In this document: positions 37,785 through 46,553 of the stretch, piece after piece | Layout: the number at the start of each line of letters is the position of its first letter | Numbering within the stretch: position 1 is the first letter of the stretch | Source: a virus | Taxonomy: Duplodnaviria > Caudoviricetes | Length of the DNA: 64,000 bases | Strand: one strand, 5' to 3' | IMG/VR virus record: IMGVR_UViG_3300011336_000387 | Location: 1,850 to 65,849 of that record | The notes under the pieces: model-generated | Database searches by the model: none | What the model saw: the letters and a program-made list of their open reading frames with translations, nothing else | Told to the model about the DNA's origin: nothing | Position numbers and translations under genes: made by a program

Positions 37785-38375
37785 ATGTATAGTATGAGAG
37801 AATTTAAAAAACCAGATGTTACAGCTCCTAGATTTAGACCAGAAACAAAAAATGTTCTAAGCAAAGAGTTTTTTAATTTGTTTAAAAAAAAGTATCCAAA
37901 GTATAAGGAAATTGATAATAAAGAATTAAGAAAGATAATAAAGAAATTTAATCAAGTTGTATTTCAAACAGTAATTGAAAATAGAGATGGAGTGCAACTA
38001 CCAGAACAGATTGGATGGTTATTTATTGGAACATGTCAGCAAAGTAAAAAAGAAAATGTTGATTATGCAAAATCTTTAAAGTATGGAGTTAGAGTTACAA
38101 ATAAAAATTGGGATTCAGATGGTAAGTTAGCAAAAATATTTTTTTCAAATCATGCACTAAAACATAAAATTAAGAATAGAGAATTTTGGAGTTTTATAGC
38201 ATGTAGAGAATTTAAAAGATCAGTTGCAAAATCTTATCCTGAAAATTGGCAAATGTATGTAGAGGTCAGTCCTGAAATTAAATTACAATGGGCATATAGT
38301 AGAACTGTGTATAAAGATTTACAAAATAAAAAAACTGCAAATACATTGCAAAATTATAATGAATTTGACTTATGA
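37785..38375 (+). CDS. second HU/IHF-like protein (crAss-type)
   Basis: LRKIIKKFNQVVFQTVIENRDGVQLPEQIGWLFIG. The true start may be 37794. TATATT motif at 37777. Confidence 0.5.
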   Translation: MYSMREFKKPDVTAPRFRPETKNVLSKEFFNLFKKKYPKYKEIDNKELRKIIKKFNQVVFQTVIENRDGVQLPEQIGWLFIGTCQQSKKENVDYAKSLKYGVRVTNKNWDSDGKLAKIFFSNHALKHKIKNREFWSFIACREFKRSVAKSYPENWQMYVEVSPEIKLQWAYSRTVYKDLQNKKTANTLQNYNEFDL

Positions 38376-39034
38376 CAACAGTAGGAGAAGCCATATCAAG
38401 AGTAAGAAATGTATTAAAGGCTGTTAAAGAAGATCCTTTTTTAACAGACAGAACAATATATTTTTCATTGCTTAAATATGCTAAGACTTTAATTAAAAGA
38501 GAAGACAATCAAAATAAACTTATGAAAATGAGTTCTATTTTTAAAGTGCTTCCTTATATTGAATTAATAGATGTAGATAAAGTTGAAGCAGGCTGTCTTG
38601 GTATTTACTCACAATGTTATTTTAAAAGATCTAAAGAAAAACTACCAACTATTTTAGATGGTATGTTTGGTCCTATTTTCCGTACTGTATCTTCTATAGA
38701 TGGAACTATAGAAATGTTTAGAACAGATCCAGGAACTTGGGTATCAATAACTAAATCTACAACATTTAAATATAATAAGAGACCATACTTTTGGTTTCTT
38801 AATGGTTATCTATATTGCCCTAACATTGATTGGGAAGCCATAAGAGTAGAAGCAATCTTTGAAGGTGCATTAGATACCTGTGATACAACAGAATGTCAAG
38901 TATTTCAAGATCAAACTTTTGCTTTACCAGAATATTTATTCTCAGAAGTAGAACAATTTGTAATAAAAGAATTAACTATGATGTTGTCTGTTCCATCTGA
39001 TGGACCTGATGATAGTCAAAATTCACTTAGATAA
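38372..39034 (+). CDS. tail ring / tube-like protein
   Basis: 220 aa preceding the muzzle gene; YFWFLNGYLY motif; crAss-like tail block position. Confidence 0.55.
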   Translation: MTTVGEAISRVRNVLKAVKEDPFLTDRTIYFSLLKYAKTLIKREDNQNKLMKMSSIFKVLPYIELIDVDKVEAGCLGIYSQCYFKRSKEKLPTILDGMFGPIFRTVSSIDGTIEMFRTDPGTWVSITKSTTFKYNKRPYFWFLNGYLYCPNIDWEAIRVEAIFEGALDTCDTTECQVFQDQTFALPEYLFSEVEQFVIKELTMMLSVPSDGPDDSQNSLR

Positions 39035-40092
39035 TGGACTTTAATTATACATTACGTTACAGAACATTTGACCAGTTACTGGAAGATGTTACTATTGATC
39101 TAAGCAGCTTTGCTTTAGAGAACATGATTGAGCCACAACAACTCATTAAGTTAGCTAAAAAAGTAAACTATGATCTTGGCCTTAGACTTAACCAAACAAA
39201 AGAAGTTATACTAGATGTATGCCATGGTAAAGTAAAGCTACCAGATGACTTCTATACCTTTAATTCAGCTTTAATTTGTAATGAATTTGAACTTGCTGTA
39301 GGTTATGATGGTTTTGCTAGTGGTACAAATATTCAAGAGGTACCCTATAGAGAATTTCCTGCTACTGTAGATCAATGTGCAGCACCTACAATTAACTGTT
39401 CTACATGTAATTCTAATCCATGTAATCATACTGCTGCCTGTCCAACTAATACATGTCCTGCAGAATGTCCCACACCAACTATTCCTACGTCTTTTGATCC
39501 ACTTAATCCTTCTGGAGATACTTGCATAAGACCAAGAGTTTTTATGAACTGTAAGGGAGAAAAATGGGAACTGATACAAGTTATAAATCAGGGGACTACA
39601 AGAATCTATAGAAACATGTTTCCTTTAAGAATGAAAGCAAGTCAAGGTATTGAATGTGACTGTCCTAGTTTATATGTAAATTCAATAAATGAAGGATGGA
39701 TAACAGGAGGATTTTTATTTACTACATTTAGTGAAGGTAAAGTTTACTTAAACTATCAAGGTCAAATGGAAGATGACCAAGGACAGTTATTAGTTCCTGA
39801 TCATGATTTATTAAATGAGTATTATGAGTATGCACTGAAAGCAAGAATCATGGAAAACTTATATCTTAATGGTGAAGATGTTGCTCAAAGATTAAGTCTT
39901 ATTGAAGGTAGATTAAAAGCTGCTAGAAATCAAGCACTTAGTTTAGTTAATACTCCAAACTTTAAAGAACTATATGATCTTTGGTGGAAAAACAGAAGAG
40001 CACAGTATTCTAAATATTATGATATGTTTAATTCACATGCACCAGCAAATACATATAGACAAAATCCTAATGCAACAAGAGTAGTAAGATAA
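39034..40092 (+). CDS. tail ring-like protein
   Basis: 352 aa; VKLPDDFY, GKVYLNYQG and YYEYALK motifs; small Cys/Pro-rich insert. Confidence 0.55.
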   Translation: MDFNYTLRYRTFDQLLEDVTIDLSSFALENMIEPQQLIKLAKKVNYDLGLRLNQTKEVILDVCHGKVKLPDDFYTFNSALICNEFELAVGYDGFASGTNIQEVPYREFPATVDQCAAPTINCSTCNSNPCNHTAACPTNTCPAECPTPTIPTSFDPLNPSGDTCIRPRVFMNCKGEKWELIQVINQGTTRIYRNMFPLRMKASQGIECDCPSLYVNSINEGWITGGFLFTTFSEGKVYLNYQGQMEDDQGQLLVPDHDLLNEYYEYALKARIMENLYLNGEDVAQRLSLIEGRLKAARNQALSLVNTPNFKELYDLWWKNRRAQYSKYYDMFNSHAPANTYRQNPNATRVVR

Positions 40093-40094
40093 TT

Positions 40095-43000
40095 ATGGCA
40101 AAGAATTTACAAGATACTTCTCAAAATATTAATCACAGTTTTACAAAAGGACTGAACAAAGATTCTGATCCTTCATTTGTACAAGATGGTATGTGGACTC
40201 ATGCCCGTAATGCTGTTAATAATACTGTAGAAGGTGACTTAGGTGCAATATCAAATGAAACATCTAACTTTTTATGTGCAATTACTGGAGCAACTATGCC
40301 CGCAAGTATTGTAGATAAATATATTATAGGTGCTATACAATTGTTTTCAGATAAATGGCTAGTATATACTGCAGGTCATAATTCCCAAGGTCAATCTAAA
40401 ATGTCTGAAATTGGATTATTAGAAGAAAACTCTTGTACTTATAGACCTATTGTACAAGATGCATGTTTAGGATTTGATAAAAGATATCTTATTTCTGGTG
40501 TATCAAGAGAAAAAGAAGATTGTACATGGCAAGCATATTGGGCAGATGGATTAAATCCAGATAGATATTTAAATGTTGGAGATCCTCAAACTTGGCCTAC
40601 AAGTAACTATGTATGGGTTGGAGTTTCTCCAAATATGAACTATTACAGTAATGGTATTAACACAACATTTTTATGGCCTGGAGTAAGGTGGCAAAAATTA
40701 TGTACAGACTCAAGTAATACTACAGAAACATCACCAGGTGTTTGGCCAGCAGGTCATCCAGTAGCAGGTTGTATTACTTGTGATGAATTTAATGTTTTAG
40801 ATTGTGATAAAATTAGACTAGCAAGATTAATGGAAACTCCGTGTCTTAAAGTTCAGAAAGGTGAATCTGGTGGTACATTAAGAAATGGTACTTACTATGC
40901 AACAATAGCTTATAGTATTAAGGGTCAAAAAGTTACAGATTATTTTTCTGCTAGTAATACACAACCTTTATGGTCTATTAATGATTTATCATGTTCACTA
41001 ACAATTACTGTACAAGCTGATGATGTAAATTTTGATGAATTTATTCTTGTTATAGTACAAAATATAAATCAAGGCACTGTTGCAAAACAAGTTGGTACTT
41101 ATTCAACTAAAACAACTAGAATTGAATTAGATCAACTTAAAGAAGATTTAGTTTCTGTTCCTGTTGAACAGTTACCTATTCAAACACCTATATTTGAAAA
41201 GTCAAATCAAATAGCTGAAGTAAATAGTTATTTACTCCGTGTAGGGCCCACATCTAAATTTGATTTTAATTATCAGCCATTAGCAAATTTAATTACAGCT
41301 AAGTGGGCTTCAGTTGAATATCCAGGAAACTATTATGTTAAAGGTGGAGGTAAAGGATCTTATCTAAGAGATGAAGTATATACTTTTTTTATTAGATGGG
41401 TTTATGATACTGGTGATAAATCTGCATCATATCATATTCCAGGAAGAGCACCTGTATTTTATACAGTACCTTCTAATGGTTCTAGTTTACTTGAAACAGC
41501 TCTTTTAACTGATAGAAATTCATTAGCAGCAGATGATCAAGTATTTGAAGTATATAATACAGCTACATCAGTTCCTAATGCATTAGTTGGTACAACTTTA
41601 GATGATGGTGGTCTTATATTAGCTACTGGAAATATGGGTTATTGGGAATCAACTGAAGTATATCCTGATAACCAAGATTATATTTGGAATGCTAGTGCTC
41701 ATTGTTGGACAGGAAAAGAAAATTTTCCAAGTCCTGTTTATGATTTATGTGGCTTACCAATAAGACATCATAAATTCCCAGACAATTGTCTTAATAATAA
41801 TACTATACATTTTAATCCAAGTACATCTACTACTACTCAAGCTAATATTCCACAAATCAGATTAATGTCTGTTTTTTTTGAAAATATTATTGCACCAAAA
41901 GATAATGATGGAAATGATATTCCAGGAATAGTTGGATATGAAATTTTAAGAGGATCAAGAGAAGGTAATAAGTCTATTATTGCTAAAGGAATGATTAATA
42001 ATTTTAGATCATATCCTATAAAAGGAAATGCTGCAAGAGGAAGAACAGGTCTTTATCCAAATTATCCTTTTAATACTATTACACCTATAGCGACTTCTTC
42101 TAATCCTGCAGATAATAATTATAGATATAATGATCCCTATATAGGAAATGGTAACTATGCTCAAAATATACCATTAGATCTTACTACTTTTCATTCACCT
42201 GATACAATGTTTAGTTCACCTTTTCTTTCTACAACAGAATTAAAATTGTATGGATACATGTCAGGTTATTCAAATCAAAATTTTCAGGATCCAGATCAAC
42301 ATCCACAGTATAAACTTCTTTCTGATTTTACTGTATTCATAATGTTTATAGGTGGTGTAATAGAAACTATTGTAAGTTTAATTGGTAAAAGAACATATGA
42401 TACTCCAAAAGTACCTGATTTTTATCAACAGATATTAGGTGCTGCTCCAGGAGCAACAATAAACCAACCTGCACAAACAACTGCTCAAACAGTACTTGCA
42501 GCAGACGTAGTAGCAGCAAATACTATAGTAAATACTTATTATTCAACAGGAGGTTATTTAATTGATGCAGTAGGTATAGCAATAGGTGGTTATCAAACTA
42601 CTGGTCAAGCTGTGTTTAATGATGCGGTTAGACTTGCAAATAATACTGCAGCACTAGTTCCTACATCAGGGGTAGTACCATTACCTACATTAACTGGTTC
42701 ACAAGAATTACCAGGATATGCATACTTACCTATAGGTTTAAGAACAATTGGATTTTTAGAAGCCTCTATATTTTATTTTTCTGAAGGAGCAAATGTTACT
42801 CTTGAGTTTTTATATGCTATAATACCATATAGACAATATGCTATGCAATCATTAGCATATGGTTTTTATAGTAATATGACTACTGAAAATTTAGCAACAG
42901 ATACTGTAAGATTTAAAATTGATGAAAGTTTTTATATTAGAGATACTATACAGGAAGTTCCAAGATATCAGAGTAGTGCTGGTACATTTTTTTCTTATAA

Positions 43001-46000
43001 CATTAATAATCTTAAAAGATCTGATACAGTTACTTTAAGAACAGTAGATGGAAGTGGTGCTTTAAATGGTCCTAAACTATTAAATATAGATAAGTCATTG
43101 GTTACTATGGGTAATATTCAACAAAATTTAGGAACATATCCATGGTTACCAGGAGCACTACCTGATTTTGATGATATAAACATTCCTTTTTCATTACCTA
43201 TTGCAAGTCATTATGGTGGTATTAAAGTAAGACTTAGAAATCAATATGGACAATTACAGTCTATTAAACAAATTCCTATTTCTCCTTGTGAACAAAAAAT
43301 AGGAACTGTTGGTAATAATTTTACACCAGTAACAACAAGCATTACTTGTCCTGGTATTATTACAAATTCTAATAGTACTTTAATATTAAATACATTACAA
43401 AGAACTCCTGTATTTTTTGGTGGTGATACTTTTATAAATAGATACACTGAAAAAAATACAATGTTTTACTTTTTTGATTGGTTATATGGTCAACCTGATG
43501 GATTTGAATATAATTATTATTTACATTCAATGATTCCAAATCCAAGATTTAGAGTTAATAGTATTAGATATGATGTTTCTAATCTTACACCAGCTAACTG
43601 GTCTAATCCAACACCTGGTACTGGTGCTGGTCCAAGTAACTTTTATAACTTAGATTGGGATGGTTATGATTATGCTGATGATGATCCAGGATTTTATGGA
43701 GCAGCTATAAAACTTAGTGTAAAAGAAGCTAAATTTTATTTAGCTAATTCATCTGTAAAAGATTATTTTGTTGAGTCAGATGTATTAATAGATTTTAGAA
43801 CTCAAGGTGATACAGAAGGTGAAAAACATTATGATCCTTATAGGTATACTAATCTGCCTTCAATGTTTAACATGAATCCAGATATCATCACTAGAGGTAA
43901 TGTATATAGATATGATTATTCACTTAGTATTTCAAAAGCATATACTCAATATTTTTCACAAGGAAATTTACAAAGCAGATACTATGATCCTAATGTAGCT
44001 AAGTTATGTTATACATATTTACCAGATAGACTTTATTATTCATTACCACAACAAAATGAATCCTTTAAAGATAGTTGGTTTGTGTATTTACCAAATAACT
44101 ATAATGAATTTAAGTCTCAAATTAGTGGAGTAAAGTCTATAAATAAAAGTGGTATCTTTATTACTTTTCTTAATGATAGTCCATTAATGTTTCAAGGTGT
44201 AGATTCTCAACCTTTAGATGCTAAATTATTAACTCCAGAAGGTTGGGTTACAATGGAGAATATAACTACTGAACATAAAGTTATTGGTAGAGATGGTAAA
44301 ACTTATAATATTTTAAATGTATATGAAATTGGTCTTAAACCAATATATAGAGTTTATTTTAAAGATGGTAGTAGCGTAAGAGCTTCTGATACTCATAAAT
44401 GGAATGTTCTTGATTATAAAGCTAGAGCAAAAAATTCAAGTACTTATTTAAAAGAAAAAATTAAATCAACAACAGAACTTTCTTTTGAATATCATAGAAG
44501 AGATGCTCTTCCTTTACCTTCTGGAATTGAATTTTCTGAAAAAGAATATATTATTCCTTCTTATACTTTAGGTGCATTAATTGCTGATGGATGTATAACT
44601 ACCACTCCTTTTATTAGTTGTGTAGATTATGAAATAATTAAAAAAATTAAAAATGAATCTAATACATTATCTAAAATTAAAACAGGAATAAATAAAAACA
44701 AAAATACTTTTTATACTATTTCATTAATTGCAAAAGGTGCAAGAAGAGAAAATTCTAATCCTTATAAAGAAGAATTAAAAAAATTAAATTTATTTGGTAA
44801 AAAGTCATTAGACAAATATATTCCAAATGAATATATGTTTGGAAGTTTTAATCAAAGATTAGAATTATTAAAAGGATTGATGGATTGTGATGGTACTGCT
44901 AGTAATGGTAAAATTAGTTATAGTACAATTTCAAAAAAGTTAGCTGAAAATGTTAAAGATTTAGTTTTAAGTTTAGGCGGGGTAGCAACTATAAAAGAGT
45001 ATAAAAAATTAAATTATACAAAAAAAGAAATAGTTGAGTATAGAGTAAGGTTTCAATGTAATTTTAATCCTTTTTATTTAAAAAGAAAAAGTGATAAAGT
45101 TACAATTAGACTAAAAGAACCATATAGATATATTGTTAGTGTAGAGTATGAAGGTGTAGAAGAAGCTCGTTGTATTAAAACAGATGCTCCTGATGAATTA
45201 TATATAACTGATAATTATGTATTAACTCATAACACACTTCAAACAGATTTAGGAACTAAAGTTACAATTGGAGATGGTGGTTTATTTTCTCAACCTGGTC
45301 AGTCTGTATCAAATGCAGATAAACCATATGAATATGGATCATCACAAAATAGACTAGGAGTTATTTCTACACCTGCAGGTTTATTTTATATGTCAGAGAA
45401 CCAAGCTAAAATATTTAACTATGCAGGAGGTCTTAAAGAAATTTCTCAAATAGGTTTAAAATGGTGGTTTTCAATATTTTTACCATATAAACTAACAGTT
45501 GATTTTCCTAATTATCCTTGGCAAGATAATCCAGTAGCTGGTATTGGTTGTCAATCATTATATGATAATACAAACTCTATTATTTATTTTTCTAAAAAAG
45601 ACTATCAACTTAAGGAAGAACTTAAAAATCAAGTTGGTTATGTATCTTTAATAACTACAGGTAAAGATAAAGGTAAAGGAGATTATTTTACTTTGAATGG
45701 TACTGGTAGATATTTAATAGGAGATCCAAGATTGTTTGATGATGCTTCATGGACATTAAGTTATGACCCTAAGAATAATTTCTGGATTAGTTTTCATGAC
45801 TGGCATCCAGATCTTAATCTACCAACTAAAACTACTTTCTTAACTACAAAGAAAAATACAATTTGGAAACATAATTATGCATGTGATTCATATTGTAACT
45901 ACTATGGTCAAGATCATCCTTTTGAAGTTGAGGTACCTATAATAACAGGAGAAACAGTTACTACAGTTAAGTCTGTACAATATGCATTAGAATGTTATAA

Positions 46001-46553
46001 AAGATCAAATGTAAACTGTGTTGATCAATTTCAGGTATTAGATTTTAACTTTGATAAAGCAGTTGTATTTAATGCAGAACAAGTTTCTGGATACTTAAAC
46101 TTAAATATATTCCCTAAGAATAATATTACATTAAGTTTACAATATCCAAAACCTAATCCTTTTATACTTGTTGAACCTAACGTACAACCATTACCAGGAT
46201 TTGAAATTTTATTTTCTAAAGAAGAAAACAAATATAGATTTAATCAGTTTTGGGATATTACAAAAGATAGAGGAGAGTTTCCTATTGGTTCAGGATATCC
46301 ACCACAAGGACCATTAATTCCTGGTACTACTGAATTATTTGGAAATTACCCACAACAATTTTTATGGGACACACAACCAAATGGATATATTAAAACTTTG
46401 AATCCAAATAATATGGATATCAATAAACCATTTTTACAAAGAAAAAAGTTTAGACATTATCTTAATTTCTTACATTTAAGAAGAGATGTGTCATCTAATA
46501 TTAATATGATTCTTAAATTAACAAGTACTAAAAATCAATTATCCCCAAGGTAA
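40095..46553 (+). CDS. tail muzzle / stabilization protein containing an intein
   Basis: 2152 aa with N-terminal GLNKDSD...ARNAVN, DGLNPDRYLN and YLRDEVYTFFIRW motifs of crAss-like stabilization proteins. Intein at residues 1371-1713. Confidence 0.75.
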   Translation: MAKNLQDTSQNINHSFTKGLNKDSDPSFVQDGMWTHARNAVNNTVEGDLGAISNETSNFLCAITGATMPASIVDKYIIGAIQLFSDKWLVYTAGHNSQGQSKMSEIGLLEENSCTYRPIVQDACLGFDKRYLISGVSREKEDCTWQAYWADGLNPDRYLNVGDPQTWPTSNYVWVGVSPNMNYYSNGINTTFLWPGVRWQKLCTDSSNTTETSPGVWPAGHPVAGCITCDEFNVLDCDKIRLARLMETPCLKVQKGESGGTLRNGTYYATIAYSIKGQKVTDYFSASNTQPLWSINDLSCSLTITVQADDVNFDEFILVIVQNINQGTVAKQVGTYSTKTTRIELDQLKEDLVSVPVEQLPIQTPIFEKSNQIAEVNSYLLRVGPTSKFDFNYQPLANLITAKWASVEYPGNYYVKGGGKGSYLRDEVYTFFIRWVYDTGDKSASYHIPGRAPVFYTVPSNGSSLLETALLTDRNSLAADDQVFEVYNTATSVPNALVGTTLDDGGLILATGNMGYWESTEVYPDNQDYIWNASAHCWTGKENFPSPVYDLCGLPIRHHKFPDNCLNNNTIHFNPSTSTTTQANIPQIRLMSVFFENIIAPKDNDGNDIPGIVGYEILRGSREGNKSIIAKGMINNFRSYPIKGNAARGRTGLYPNYPFNTITPIATSSNPADNNYRYNDPYIGNGNYAQNIPLDLTTFHSPDTMFSSPFLSTTELKLYGYMSGYSNQNFQDPDQHPQYKLLSDFTVFIMFIGGVIETIVSLIGKRTYDTPKVPDFYQQILGAAPGATINQPAQTTAQTVLAADVVAANTIVNTYYSTGGYLIDAVGIAIGGYQTTGQAVFNDAVRLANNTAALVPTSGVVPLPTLTGSQELPGYAYLPIGLRTIGFLEASIFYFSEGANVTLEFLYAIIPYRQYAMQSLAYGFYSNMTTENLATDTVRFKIDESFYIRDTIQEVPRYQSSAGTFFSYNINNLKRSDTVTLRTVDGSGALNGPKLLNIDKSLVTMGNIQQNLGTYPWLPGALPDFDDINIPFSLPIASHYGGIKVRLRNQYGQLQSIKQIPISPCEQKIGTVGNNFTPVTTSITCPGIITNSNSTLILNTLQRTPVFFGGDTFINRYTEKNTMFYFFDWLYGQPDGFEYNYYLHSMIPNPRFRVNSIRYDVSNLTPANWSNPTPGTGAGPSNFYNLDWDGYDYADDDPGFYGAAIKLSVKEAKFYLANSSVKDYFVESDVLIDFRTQGDTEGEKHYDPYRYTNLPSMFNMNPDIITRGNVYRYDYSLSISKAYTQYFSQGNLQSRYYDPNVAKLCYTYLPDRLYYSLPQQNESFKDSWFVYLPNNYNEFKSQISGVKSINKSGIFITFLNDSPLMFQGVDSQPLDAKLLTPEGWVTMENITTEHKVIGRDGKTYNILNVYEIGLKPIYRVYFKDGSSVRASDTHKWNVLDYKARAKNSSTYLKEKIKSTTELSFEYHRRDALPLPSGIEFSEKEYIIPSYTLGALIADGCITTTPFISCVDYEIIKKIKNESNTLSKIKTGINKNKNTFYTISLIAKGARRENSNPYKEELKKLNLFGKKSLDKYIPNEYMFGSFNQRLELLKGLMDCDGTASNGKISYSTISKKLAENVKDLVLSLGGVATIKEYKKLNYTKKEIVEYRVRFQCNFNPFYLKRKSDKVTIRLKEPYRYIVSVEYEGVEEARCIKTDAPDELYITDNYVLTHNTLQTDLGTKVTIGDGGLFSQPGQSVSNADKPYEYGSSQNRLGVISTPAGLFYMSENQAKIFNYAGGLKEISQIGLKWWFSIFLPYKLTVDFPNYPWQDNPVAGIGCQSLYDNTNSIIYFSKKDYQLKEELKNQVGYVSLITTGKDKGKGDYFTLNGTGRYLIGDPRLFDDASWTLSYDPKNNFWISFHDWHPDLNLPTKTTFLTTKKNTIWKHNYACDSYCNYYGQDHPFEVEVPIITGETVTTVKSVQYALECYKRSNVNCVDQFQVLDFNFDKAVVFNAEQVSGYLNLNIFPKNNITLSLQYPKPNPFILVEPNVQPLPGFEILFSKEENKYRFNQFWDITKDRGEFPIGSGYPPQGPLIPGTTELFGNYPQQFLWDTQPNGYIKTLNPNNMDINKPFLQRKKFRHYLNFLHLRRDVSSNINMILKLTSTKNQLSPR
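44205..45233 (+). mobile_element. intein with LAGLIDADG homing endonuclease (class 3-type)
   Basis: 343 aa. Block A SQPLDAKLLTPEGW, block B ASDTHKW, blocks C/E LGALIADG and LKGLMDCDG, block F ARCIKTD, block G VLTHN, then Thr+1. Confidence 0.93.
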
